This document shows positions 19,655-28,763 of a stretch of 64,000 bases of DNA, one piece after another. The notes beneath the pieces are model-generated. The model saw only the letters and a list, made by a program, of their open reading frames with translations. It did no database searches and was not told the DNA's origin. How positions within the stretch are numbered: the first letter of the stretch is position 1; every line of letters starts with the position of its first letter. Origin of the DNA: a virus; the IMG/VR virus record IMGVR_UViG_3300004093_000003, one strand, 5' to 3'. The translations under genes and the position numbers were made by a program.

Positions 19655-20041
19655 TCAGGCGGCGACGATCTTGCGCAGGAAGATGCCCATCTGGCGCAGG
19701 CCGTCGCTGATGCCCGCGAGGGTGAGGCCGGCGCCGATCGTGACGGCGGCCGCGTTGAACTCGCCGGTCAGGAAGACCGGCGCAGCGACGTCGCCGCCGG
19801 TGGCGTCGCAGTCCATCGCCAGGATCGCCTTGGGCGTCTGGCTGCCGTCGACCGAAGCCGACAGCGCCGTCTGGTACTTGCCGCTGGCGGTGATGCGGCC
19901 CAGCACGGTGCCGCGAACGACCGGGGCGCCGCCGGTGATGGTGACAACCTGGGTTTCGCGCGGGAAGTCGCCCGCGAGCAGCGCGTCGGGCGTCCGGGTG
20001 CCCTCGCTCTGAAAGCGGGCGAGGTCGGTATCGTCGGCCAT
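19655..20041 (-). CDS. Head decoration protein (lambda gpD family)
   Basis: GTVLG.ITASGKY, DGSQTP.AIL and GEFNAAAV motifs. Confidence 0.9.
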   Translation of the reverse strand: MADDTDLARFQSEGTRTPDALLAGDFPRETQVVTITGGAPVVRGTVLGRITASGKYQTALSASVDGSQTPKAILAMDCDATGGDVAAPVFLTGEFNAAAVTIGAGLTLAGISDGLRQMGIFLRKIVAA

Positions 20042-20085
20042 GGGTCAAACTCCGAAGGTTGATGGGTTGAGGGGGTGCGCCGGCG

Positions 20086-20679
20086 TCAGGATCCGGTCGC
20101 TTTGGGCTTGCGCGACGCGAAGTTGAGGACGCTGGCGGCGAGCGTGGTGGCTTCGTCGCCGGCCTTGCCACCGCCGGCGCCGCCGTCCGGGCCGATCACG
20201 GTACTGCCGCGCGCGGACATCGCCGGCGCGAGGCCGAGCCGGCCAGCCGCCGACTTGTCGGCGGGCAGCCCCTTCACCATCGCGAGCGCCGCGGCGACCG
20301 ACATGCGGGTGTTGAAGGCGACGTGCAACGCCGAGGCGACGCGTTCGGGACCGGCGCCGTTCACGATGGCGTGGATGCGTGCCCGCTCGGCGCGGGCGCC
20401 GCGACGATGACCGGCGGCGCGCAGGAGATTGCGGGCGCTGATGGCCTTGCGATCGTCATCGCTGCCCTCCTCGTCCTCGTCGCCGTCCTCTTCGTCGTCA
20501 TCGTCCTCGTCGTCGCCGTTCTCGGCCTCGGCCTTCTTCCTGGCCTCTTCCTCGGCGGCCAGGCGCCGCTCCTCGGCCTCGGCAGAGAGGCGCGCGGCCT
20601 TCTGCTCCGCAGTCTCGCCCTCGGGCGCATCGGCGGCGGCATCGCTGCCCCACAGACGGAAAAACTTGCTCTTCGCCAT
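20086..20679 (-). CDS. Capsid scaffold (Nu3-like)
   Basis: Acidic linker, AERARIHAI and ALHVAFNTRMSV motifs; in frame with the upstream S49 gene. Confidence 0.68.
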   Translation of the reverse strand: MAKSKFFRLWGSDAAADAPEGETAEQKAARLSAEAEERRLAAEEEARKKAEAENGDDEDDDDEEDGDEDEEGSDDDRKAISARNLLRAAGHRRGARAERARIHAIVNGAGPERVASALHVAFNTRMSVAAALAMVKGLPADKSAAGRLGLAPAMSARGSTVIGPDGGAGGGKAGDEATTLAASVLNFASRKPKATGS

Positions 20680-20697
20680 GTGACGGCTCCTTTTTTC

Positions 20698-21585
20698 CTA
20701 CAAAACGGATTGCACCAGCTCGGCCAGCGCCTCGCTGGGCGACTGGACGACATCGGCGAGCTTCAGGCGGACCGCGTCCGCCGCCAGGTACGAGCGCGAT
20801 TCGGTGGCGCGCACGGCCTTGTCGCCGATGCGGCCGGAGGCGACGACCAGGTCGACGAACTGGTCGTAGACGGCGTCGATCTCCGCCTGGAACTCGGCGC
20901 GGACATCGTCGGGCAGCGGCTCGTACTCGTTGCCGTCGGCCTTGTGCTTGCCGGCATAGAGCAGCGAGACCTTGATGCCGGCCTCGGCCAGCATCTTGGA
21001 ATAGTCCCAGTGGGCCGCGATGACGCCGATCGAGCCGACATAGCCCGTCGACGACACGGTGATGCGGGTGGCCCCGCTCATCAGCGCGTAGGCGGCCGAG
21101 CAGCAGCAGCCGTCGACGATCGCCCATAGCTGCTTTTCGCCGGCGGCCTCGCGGAATTGCGCCGCGAGATCGAAGCAACCGGTGACCTCGCCGCCCGGGC
21201 AGTCGACGTAGGCCGCGATCGCGCGCACCGAGTCGTCGTTCACCGCGCTCATCAGCTGGGTGCGCAGGCCGTCATAGCCGGTCATGCCGCACCAGGAGTC
21301 CACGGAACCCAGCCGATTGACCAGCGTGCCGGTCAGCTCGAGCACCGCGACATTGCCGATCTGCGGGAAGGCCTTGCGGCCGCGCTCGACCAGGCCAACC
21401 GGCAGCGACGCATATTGAACGCGCGGCCGATCGTCGTCGTCGTCTTCCATCGCCAGCATCGGCGTGGCATCGAGCTCGCGGCGCGAGATCTCGCTCGCGA
21501 GCGCGCGCAGGAAGGTGAGGCCGCGCCGCGGCTCGAGCAGCAGCGGCCGCCCGAAGGCGCGCGAAGCGACGTGGGCGAACCTCAT
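20698..21585 (-). CDS. S49 prohead protease (lambda gpC-like)
   Basis: DCPGGEV, CCSAAY and VGSIGV motifs. Confidence 0.93.
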   Translation of the reverse strand: MRFAHVASRAFGRPLLLEPRRGLTFLRALASEISRRELDATPMLAMEDDDDDRPRVQYASLPVGLVERGRKAFPQIGNVAVLELTGTLVNRLGSVDSWCGMTGYDGLRTQLMSAVNDDSVRAIAAYVDCPGGEVTGCFDLAAQFREAAGEKQLWAIVDGCCCSAAYALMSGATRITVSSTGYVGSIGVIAAHWDYSKMLAEAGIKVSLLYAGKHKADGNEYEPLPDDVRAEFQAEIDAVYDQFVDLVVASGRIGDKAVRATESRSYLAADAVRLKLADVVQSPSEALAELVQSVL

Positions 21586-23198
21586 TGCTCTGCTCCTGCC
21601 GGCCTTTCGCTGTCGCTCGGCGGCCGGCCGCCCATGATCGCCGCGGTATCGCCGCGCTCGACGCCGTGGCGCTCGAGATAGCGCTTCTCACGCGCCGCCT
21701 GGCGCACCATCTTGCGCCAGTTGCGGCCCTGCTCGGCGTTCGCCGTCTGCAGGGTGTCGGTCAGTGTCTCGAAGCCGACCTGGTAGGCCTGGCGCTCCTT
21801 GACTGGGTCGATCTGGCCGCGGCCCGGACCCAGCCAGTCGCAGCCGAGCCACGCGGCGCGCTTCTCGTAGAAGCCCGGCGACTTGCGGCCGCCCGGCAGT
21901 TCGATGCGGCCGCGGTCGACGGCCTCCTCGAAGAACAACGAGTATCCCGGCGAGGCGAATCCGTGGTCAAGGAACGCCGCACGGCCCGTCGCAGCCTTCC
22001 AGGACTGCAACAGCGAGGCGCGGGCGCTCGAGTAGTTGGTCTGCGAGTAGTTGTGCGAGAACTCCTCGGTCGCCATGCCGACACCGGCGGCGAGGCGGCG
22101 CACCACGGCGTCGGTGAAGCCGGCGAACTGCGAGGCCGGCCGGACCGGCGACGTCATCGAGAGCTTCGTGCCCACCGGCAGCTTGGGCACCCGCGTGCCG
22201 TCGCCCAGGACCATCGGCGGGCCGCCGATCGCGTGCGAGGGCCGCGGATCGTTGGGATTGCGGATCTCCGGCACGGCACCGAACAGCTGGTCGACCAGCT
22301 CGCCGTCGAGACCGCTCTGCGTCTCGATCACGGCGGCGAAGATCGCGTTCAGGATCGCGGCCTTGGCCTCGCTGCGCTCGTAGATGTCGAGCAGCTTGAA
22401 GTTCTCGAGGATCGCGGCCAGCGGAGAGACGCCGCGGGTGTGACCGTCGCCGTCGACCTGGTAGCCGTGCAGCACGATCGGCCGGCCGAACTCGGTGGTG
22501 CGCTCGAAGCGCAGCCACTTGAAGTAGTTCGTGCTCATCCACGGGTCGTAGGGATGCGCAGCCCGGATGTGATAGGCGATCGGCTCGCCGTGAGCGCCGA
22601 GCTCGACGCCGTAGCGGAAGAACTCGGTGTTGGGCCTCATGTTCGGGTTGCTGAGACGGTCGGGATTGACCATCTGCAGCGCCGTCGCGTACTCGGCGCG
22701 GCCGGGCGCAATGCGATCGTCGAGCCAGTGCGCGACCGCCAGGAACTCGCCGCAGTCGAACCACGACACGAAGGCCTGGCGCAGCAGGCCGGCGAAGCTG
22801 CAGCGCAGCCCGGCATCGCACCAGTTGCCGATGCCGTAGGCCCATTCATCAAACGCCGCCTCGACCTCCTCCTCGAAGGCGTCGCGCTCCTCGTCGGGCA
22901 GATCCTGCAGGCCGAGCGCCGTCCAGTTGGGCGCACAGACCAACGTCCATTGGGCGCCGACGATGCTGTCGAGCAGCGTCTGCTGGGCGCCGGCGGCGAA
23001 GCCGTTGTTGCGCACCAGGTCGCGGCCGCGGGCCGCGAGATCGTCGCGCAGACCCCACAGCGCCGCGTCGGGCGACTGCAACATGGGGCTCCAGCGGGCG
23101 AGCTCCTGGCTCAGCCGGTCGGCGCCACGGTATGCCGCAGGATACGCCGCGCGCAGCGGCGTCCTGCCGTCCGCGGCGACGAGCTCCACACGCGCCAT
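21582..23198 (-). CDS. Portal protein (lambda gpB family)
   Basis: DLVRNNGFAAGA, TRGVSPLA, NYSSARAS and IDPVKE motifs. Confidence 0.95.
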   Translation of the reverse strand: MARVELVAADGRTPLRAAYPAAYRGADRLSQELARWSPMLQSPDAALWGLRDDLAARGRDLVRNNGFAAGAQQTLLDSIVGAQWTLVCAPNWTALGLQDLPDEERDAFEEEVEAAFDEWAYGIGNWCDAGLRCSFAGLLRQAFVSWFDCGEFLAVAHWLDDRIAPGRAEYATALQMVNPDRLSNPNMRPNTEFFRYGVELGAHGEPIAYHIRAAHPYDPWMSTNYFKWLRFERTTEFGRPIVLHGYQVDGDGHTRGVSPLAAILENFKLLDIYERSEAKAAILNAIFAAVIETQSGLDGELVDQLFGAVPEIRNPNDPRPSHAIGGPPMVLGDGTRVPKLPVGTKLSMTSPVRPASQFAGFTDAVVRRLAAGVGMATEEFSHNYSQTNYSSARASLLQSWKAATGRAAFLDHGFASPGYSLFFEEAVDRGRIELPGGRKSPGFYEKRAAWLGCDWLGPGRGQIDPVKERQAYQVGFETLTDTLQTANAEQGRNWRKMVRQAAREKRYLERHGVERGDTAAIMGGRPPSDSERPAGAEQ

Positions 23199-23209
23199 GC
23201 GCTTCCCTT

Positions 23210-23422
23210 TCAGCCGAACAGCGGCTTGATCGGCCGCGAAACGCCCGAGGGCAGCCCGAGCCTGATGCGCAGGCTCACGATGTAGGCCTCGAGCGCCACC
23301 AGGTCTGCCTTCTCGTAGCTCACCGACTTGCCGCTCGACGACGAGATGCTGACGGCGCGCTTGCCGACGAGCAGCTCGTGGCGAGCCTGTTCGGCTTCAT
23401 CGAGCCGTTCCTGGTCGGTCAT
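23210..23422 (-). CDS. Head completion protein (lambda gpW family)
   Basis: L.EA.QARHELLVGK.AVS....SVSY..ADL..L.AYI. Confidence 0.85.
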   Translation of the reverse strand: MTDQERLDEAEQARHELLVGKRAVSISSSSGKSVSYEKADLVALEAYIVSLRIRLGLPSGVSRPIKPLFG

Positions 23423-23426
23423 CGCG

Positions 23427-25448
23427 TCACCCCAGCACGATCGGTTCTTCTGGCTGCTGCGGCCGCGGCGGCGGGGGAGAACGGCGTTCGCCGGCCGGCG
23501 CCGGCGCCGCGTCCCCGAGCTGCGGCGCGTCGAACAGCGTTCGCTGCTCCTGCCCAAGTCGCGGCCATTTCCGTTCCAGCCACTCCCAATCGGCCGGCGA
23601 CTTGGTGGACAGGCCGAGCTTCTCGGCGATCGCCAGGCCATAGACCCGGCAGTCGAGAAGATGGTTGTCCTGCTCGACCTGGTGCCAGCCTTCGGTCACC
23701 CGGCCGGTCTTTCGATTGCGCTGCTTGGCGAACACTTCCGACAGCAGCTGCGTAAAGTCGGCCTCGTCCCAGTCCTGATTGAAGTGGCAGTAGCTCCCCG
23801 GCCAGTCGACCTGGTCCGGCGCCTTCTTCACCTCGAGGGCGCCATAGTGGCGCGATTTAGCCTGCCAGGTGCCCACCGGGAAGGTCTTGGGACCGCGCCG
23901 GCGCACCTTGCCGCGCTCGCTGAACTCGCGCGCCGAGGGCTTGCCGGTCCAGATCGGCTGCTTCCAGCCGTCCTCGCCGCGCAGTGGGAAGCAATCGATC
24001 TTGGTCTTGCACCAGTTGACGACCACTTCCGTCTGATAATTGGCGTCGATGCCGACCGAATCGGCCCGGCGATCGTTGCCCCAGACGTCGCGGAAAGTCT
24101 TTTTCCGCAGTTCGTCGAGCGCAAGGAATGCCGCGCCCGTCTCTGTGCCCGTCTCGCCGGCCTTGAAGCCGTGCTCGAGGCTCCAGGTCTGGCGATCACG
24201 GCCCCAGCCGATGAACTCGTACCATATGCCATCGCCCTGGACGTCGGCGGTGAGCGTGATGAACAGCACACCATCGGGCACCGTGCCCGCATCCCACGTC
24301 TCGCGCCGGACCATCAGATCCGCGGCCTTCGGGCGATTGCCCGTTTCGTCCCACGGCAACCCGAGATGCAGGTTGACGAAGGCTTTCAGCTTCTCCGGAT
24401 CGCCTTGCGCTTCCATCCACCGGGCGACCAGATGGTCCCAAGTGATGAACGGGCTGATCAGCGAGTTGAGGTGGTAGCTCGGCTCGCGCCCTGGGAAGGG
24501 CATCGCGTGCGCCCAGCGGCCTTGGGCATTCATGCCCTCGAGCTGCCAGTGCTCGATAACACAACCGTTGCCGGAGCGGCAGACGTAATGCGCGCGGTGT
24601 GGCGCCTCCTTCTGGAACTTCAGGCCCCAAGGAACGTCTTTGCCGCCCCATTCCAGAACCTGCTCGAGGTCACAATGCGGGCAACGCACATGCCACTGGC
24701 CTTGCGTGCCGGCGTAGAACTGCCGGGCAATGCGCGACGTCGACTTCAGCGTCGGCGTCGAGACGTCGAGTTCCTTGTCCTGCCCACTGCGGATGAACGA
24801 CGTGAGGCGGCCGCGCGCGAGCTCGATCGGGTCACCCTGGCCAGGAATGGCCAGTGGGAACTCGTCCATGTCGTCCAGGACCAAGATCCTGATCGACTTC
24901 TGTCGCAAGCCGGCGCCGGAGTTGGCACCGGTGATGACGATGCTGCCGCCCGGGAACAGCTTGCGCTTCTGAGTGCTACCATCACGGCCGCGAACGACAT
25001 GCTCGCGAACATGCCGGCCGGCGCGTGCCGTCGATTCGAGCGTCGGCTCGAATTTCTCGGCATTCCAGTCTCGGCCCGCCTCGACGGTCGGATGAACGAC
25101 CAGCGTCGGGCCCGGCGAAGCGTCGATCAGCCAGCAGAGGACATTCGAGATGCCCTCCGAGCCCGACACCTGGACGCTTTTCATGACCGTGATGCGCCGC
25201 GCCGGGTCGACGGGCGACATGCGGTCCATGATCTCGACCAGGAACGGCGTGCGGCGGTTGTCCCACTTGCCGGGATGTGGCGATGTGCCGTCGGCAATGA
25301 TGCGATAGCGTTGCGCCCACTCGCTCGGCCGGATGTCGGGATCCTTGCGGAGGCCGCGGCGCCATGCGGCGCGCACCGTGCGGCGCGCCGAACTAATGCC
25401 GGGCAGCAGCTTGCGGACCTCCTTCGGGCTCAGCGCCGTCAGATTCAT
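23427..25448 (-). CDS. Terminase large subunit (lambda gpA family)
   Basis: KSVQVSGSE (Walker A variant), LVLDDMDEF, STPT, CPHC and LDCRVY motifs. Confidence 0.95.
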   Translation of the reverse strand: MNLTALSPKEVRKLLPGISSARRTVRAAWRRGLRKDPDIRPSEWAQRYRIIADGTSPHPGKWDNRRTPFLVEIMDRMSPVDPARRITVMKSVQVSGSEGISNVLCWLIDASPGPTLVVHPTVEAGRDWNAEKFEPTLESTARAGRHVREHVVRGRDGSTQKRKLFPGGSIVITGANSGAGLRQKSIRILVLDDMDEFPLAIPGQGDPIELARGRLTSFIRSGQDKELDVSTPTLKSTSRIARQFYAGTQGQWHVRCPHCDLEQVLEWGGKDVPWGLKFQKEAPHRAHYVCRSGNGCVIEHWQLEGMNAQGRWAHAMPFPGREPSYHLNSLISPFITWDHLVARWMEAQGDPEKLKAFVNLHLGLPWDETGNRPKAADLMVRRETWDAGTVPDGVLFITLTADVQGDGIWYEFIGWGRDRQTWSLEHGFKAGETGTETGAAFLALDELRKKTFRDVWGNDRRADSVGIDANYQTEVVVNWCKTKIDCFPLRGEDGWKQPIWTGKPSAREFSERGKVRRRGPKTFPVGTWQAKSRHYGALEVKKAPDQVDWPGSYCHFNQDWDEADFTQLLSEVFAKQRNRKTGRVTEGWHQVEQDNHLLDCRVYGLAIAEKLGLSTKSPADWEWLERKWPRLGQEQRTLFDAPQLGDAAPAPAGERRSPPPPRPQQPEEPIVLG

Positions 25449-26025
25449 CGGTGAACTCGTCGTCGTTCTCCAGCGCGAGCGTCGCCTCGAACGAGTTGAA
25501 GACCCCTCGGGTCGTTTCGGTGAGCCAGACGCGCCACTCCGCTTCAGTGCGGGACGTGCCGGCGAACGCATAGGCGGCCGAGGCCTTGTCGGCCATGCCG
25601 TTGGTCACGGTGTCGCGCGTGCGCCGCGCCATCGTCGTCTGGTCGATCTCGACGACGCTCTTCAGCACGAAAAGACCTTCGCGCTCGGCGACGTCGCCCA
25701 GCAGCTTGCGGCTCTTCAGCTGCTTCTCGGCGATCGCCGCTTGCTGCAGCTCCGAAGGCGGCCGAGGCGACGGCTCGTCGATCGGCGCGGCGCCCGGCGC
25801 TGATGCCGTCTCGCGACGCATCAGCGGATTGAGATTGTCTGCCCGCGCCTTCCTCACCTGCTCGAGGTCGAAGAGCGGGCGCCCCTGATCATCGCGCTGG
25901 GCTACCGGGATCTTCCCGGCTGCCGCCTGCTTGGACACCGTGCCCTTGCTGATGCCGAGCTCGCGGGCCAGTCCCGACACGCCGAGCAGGTCGCGTTTCC
26001 CCGTTTCGCCTGTTTCCTCAGACAT
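25393..26025 (-). CDS. Terminase small subunit (Nu1-like)
   Basis: N-terminal HTH (LARELGISKGTVSK) then coiled coil; overlaps the large subunit. Confidence 0.82.
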   Translation of the reverse strand: MSEETGETGKRDLLGVSGLARELGISKGTVSKQAAAGKIPVAQRDDQGRPLFDLEQVRKARADNLNPLMRRETASAPGAAPIDEPSPRPPSELQQAAIAEKQLKSRKLLGDVAEREGLFVLKSVVEIDQTTMARRTRDTVTNGMADKASAAYAFAGTSRTEAEWRVWLTETTRGVFNSFEATLALENDDEFTDESDGAEPEGGPQAAARH

Positions 26026-26121
26026 CGGAAACGCCCTGTTTCATCAATATTTTCCGCCACTTACTAGCGAAGAGGAAAGGTGCGCGTTACCCGTTTTGGA
26101 GGGCCGGCCGTGGAAGGACCC
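26026..26121 (-). other. Lambda-like cos site (cosQ, cosN, R3-like box)
   Basis: Minus strand GGGTCCT, then 23 nt ending ACG, then GGTAACGCGCAC, then TTCGCTA and GGCGTTTCCG, collinear with lambda cos. Confidence 0.72.
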
Positions 26122-26432
26122 GTGACGACCGGCATACAGTTCTTTACCTCGCTGCCGCACTGTCGCACCGATGGTGCGGGACGGTCGCGGCATGCCGACG
26201 ACCATCGTCCTCCACTTCGCAGCCCTCATCGCGGGGACGCTGGCTGGGCTGGCCTGGTGGGACGAGACGCCCGCCGAGCCCTCAACCATCAACCATCAAC
26301 CGCTTTGGGCGCCTTTGCGTGCTCGCCATCCCGCCGCCTCAGGTGACGAAGGTCGCCAAGATCGAAGCCATATACCTCAGCGATGCGCGGCTCGGCTGGC
26401 TGATCGTGAGCGACCCGGTCGAGTGCGACTGA

Positions 26433-27050
26433 TCAGCCGGTATGGCCGAGCGCCTGGCTCATGGCCTCGACGAGGTTCGGGCCGATGCGCTGCCTGATCG
26501 TCGTCTCCGTCCTGCCCTGGAAGCCGAACGACGGCTTCACCTGGATGCCGCGCTTCAGCCAATAGAGCACCTGCAGCGGATAGCGCTTCTTCGTCGTGCG
26601 CCTCAGCACTGCACCGGCCATGCGGCCTTTGGTCGGCACAAACACCCGCGGCTTCTGCCGTTGCGCCTGCGGACGCTGCCCGCGCGGGATGATGCGCGCC
26701 GGCTTCTTCGGCGGGACGGCGACGCGATGACCGCTCTTCGCCTGTTTCTTACCCCCGGTCTCTTGCCGCTCCATGAATGGCTCAAGCGAGCCGACGATGG
26801 CCTCGGCCGAGGCTTTGGTCGCCGGCGCGATGCGGATGCCGCTCTTCACCCAATTGTTGCGCAGCGTGTACTGCTTGGGCAGTTCGGCCTGGACAACGCC
26901 CTGCACGTCCTTCGCCGTCATCGTGAGCCCGCGCGCGATGGCGAAGGGCAGTTGCCGTCGCGCCCCATCGTCCATGTTGGCGGTGAAACGCTCGATGTCG
27001 CTGATGACCCGGACCTTGACGCCACGCATTTGACTGCCTGTTACATCCAT
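26433..27050 (-). CDS. Basic phage protein, gpZ/HK97 gp10-like neck protein (tentative)
   Basis: QLPFAIA.GLT.TAK.V and RYPLQVLY patterns; upstream of cos. Confidence 0.55.
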   Translation of the reverse strand: MDVTGSQMRGVKVRVISDIERFTANMDDGARRQLPFAIARGLTMTAKDVQGVVQAELPKQYTLRNNWVKSGIRIAPATKASAEAIVGSLEPFMERQETGGKKQAKSGHRVAVPPKKPARIIPRGQRPQAQRQKPRVFVPTKGRMAGAVLRRTTKKRYPLQVLYWLKRGIQVKPSFGFQGRTETTIRQRIGPNLVEAMSQALGHTG

Positions 27051-27172
27051 CGCTCCGGGGCAAACAAAAGGGCCGCGACGCTGATTGCGCTACGCGGCCC
27101 GATGTTGCCCGAAGGCTACACGAATTTTGGGGAATGTGGGGAGGCGCTCTTGACGATTTCTGTGGATGACCG

Positions 27173-27817
27173 TCATTCGTCGAATTTGCGGCGGATCAGT
27201 TCGCGCGCCCGGGCGATGTCGCGCTCGTCGGGTCGATCGTCGAGGGCATTGAGGCGTTCGACGAGATAGGCGAGCAGCTGCTGCTTCCTGATGGCCGCTG
27301 TCTTGTGATCGCATCGAAGTTCGCGGCCGACACGCCGATCGCTGCGCTTCGCGGCGATGCCCCACAGGACGATGCGCTGCTCATCGGTCAGGCCCACGAT
27401 GATGTCGAGAAGGATCATCGCAGCCCTGTAGTCCTCGGGCGGGACCGGCAGCCGCATAGGCTCCCCGGGTTGATCCTTGAAGATTTCCCGAACTGGCTCG
27501 GGCATGCACGACCGATAGCCGCCGGGCTTGGTGTCGGGCGTGTGCGGCAGTTTCCGGAACACATCGGCCATCCGATGCAGGCGAGCTCGCACCGTCAGGG
27601 GCTCCCATGCATGACCAGGCGCTGGCTCTCGAGGTGGTGCTGGTGATGGCGTCGGATCAGCGACAAACCGCGTTCGGGCATGCCGGGTCCTGGTCACGAC
27701 TTTGCCGTTGACCAGCCTTCCGCCGCCGCGCTCATCGAGCCTGGTCTCCACGACCACCCGCTGCCTGCCGTCCATCGCACGCTCCTCGCCCCAAAGTTCG
27801 ATCCTGCCGAGCCTCAT
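27173..27817 (-). CDS. Putative late transcription regulator (DUF6362-like, Q position)
   Basis: RLHRMADVFRKLP..GYRS plus a C-terminal sigma-4-like HTH. Confidence 0.62.
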   Translation of the reverse strand: MRLGRIELWGEERAMDGRQRVVVETRLDERGGGRLVNGKVVTRTRHARTRFVADPTPSPAPPREPAPGHAWEPLTVRARLHRMADVFRKLPHTPDTKPGGYRSCMPEPVREIFKDQPGEPMRLPVPPEDYRAAMILLDIIVGLTDEQRIVLWGIAAKRSDRRVGRELRCDHKTAAIRKQQLLAYLVERLNALDDRPDERDIARARELIRRKFDE

Positions 27818-28485
27818 GCCGACAGGCGCAGCGGGTCGCCTCGCGCGCGCGGGGCACCGAGTCTGACAACAACAACCTCATGATCAGACTTGGAATATGA
27901 GTATGAAGAGGAGTCCGCTCTTCCTCGCAAAATCAATGGGTTGGAAAGCCAGATCGGGCGATCTTCGGGCGATGTTCGGGCGAAGTTCGGCCGATCTTCC
28001 GCCGAAGTGGCCAGTTTTCCCGGAACGTCCACAGTCTTCTCCACCGGATCATCCACAGAGGGACCATGCTCGGCACGGCCCTCGGGCGTCTGCGCCCAGT
28101 GCACGCCGGTGAACTCGAAGCCGCCCTGGTCGGAATCGCCGCCCCACTTCGACTCGTCGCCGCCGCGCCGGCGCTCGGCCTCGCGCATGGTGCGGGCAAT
28201 GTAAAGGCGGCCGTCGTCGGTCATCCGGATCTTCGCCAGCCGCAGCAGCTCGTCGCGCGCCTTTATCCAGGTGCGCACGTTCTTCATGTCGAGCTTGTCG
28301 CGGAACCAGGCGTCCCACTCCTCGCGCGGCTTCTTCTCCTCGCGTGGCGGCAGCGGCTCGCCGTGCAAGGCGTGCAGCATCCAGAAGCGCATATAGGCGT
28401 TGGTCGCGAAGTCCGGCAGGCCCTTGAGGTCGACCAGCACGTCGCGTGGCTTCACAGCGATGACGAACGTCTTGGTGCTGCTCAC
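27814..28485 (-). CDS. Putative replication initiator (DUF1376/YdaU-like)
   Basis: N-terminal helical domain, low-complexity C-terminus with iteron-like repeats; GTG start coupled to the upstream stop. Confidence 0.62.
   Translation of the reverse strand: MSSTKTFVIAVKPRDVLVDLKGLPDFATNAYMRFWMLHALHGEPLPPREEKKPREEWDAWFRDKLDMKNVRTWIKARDELLRLAKIRMTDDGRLYIARTMREAERRRGGDESKWGGDSDQGGFEFTGVHWAQTPEGRAEHGPSVDDPVEKTVDVPGKLATSAEDRPNFARTSPEDRPIWLSNPLILRGRADSSSYSYSKSDHEVVVVRLGAPRARGDPLRLSA
27950..28015. repeat. 5-6 tandem 11-bp repeats (iteron-like)
   Basis: CAGATCGGGCG ATCTTCGGGCG ATGTTCGGGCG AAGTTCGGCCG ATCTTCCGCCG AAGTGGCCAGT. Confidence 0.7.
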
Positions 28486-28760
28486 CAGCCGCCCCACTGC
28501 GCGCCGATGCCGTGATGCCGCAACAGCTGGCAGACGCGGATGAAGTAGCGATCGTCGCGCCACCACATGCACATATGCAGCTCGTGATCGAGATCGTCGC
28601 TGACGCCGAGATCCGGCCGGAAGCGATAGAGTGCCGCCCGGCCCGCGCGCACCTCCCATGGCCGCGAGCCCTCGAAGATGTTGCCGATCGCCGACGCTGC
28701 AGCGGCGGACAGGTTGGCCTTGCTGCGGTTGAGGTCGGATGGTGGCAGGCGGCGGGTCAT
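28482..28760 (-). CDS. Hypothetical protein
   Basis: 92-aa ORF coupled in the early operon. Confidence 0.5.
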   Translation of the reverse strand: MTRRLPPSDLNRSKANLSAAAASAIGNIFEGSRPWEVRAGRAALYRFRPDLGVSDDLDHELHMCMWWRDDRYFIRVCQLLRHHGIGAQWGGW

Positions 28761-28763
28761 GGC

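Noticed and set aside
2190-25454. Many long + strand ORFs (e.g. 2190-3770, 15342-17018, 18521-20062, 21585-23285, 23328-25454)
   Set aside because: Antisense shadows of well-supported minus-strand phage genes in GC-rich DNA; Arg/Ala/Gly-rich with no motifs
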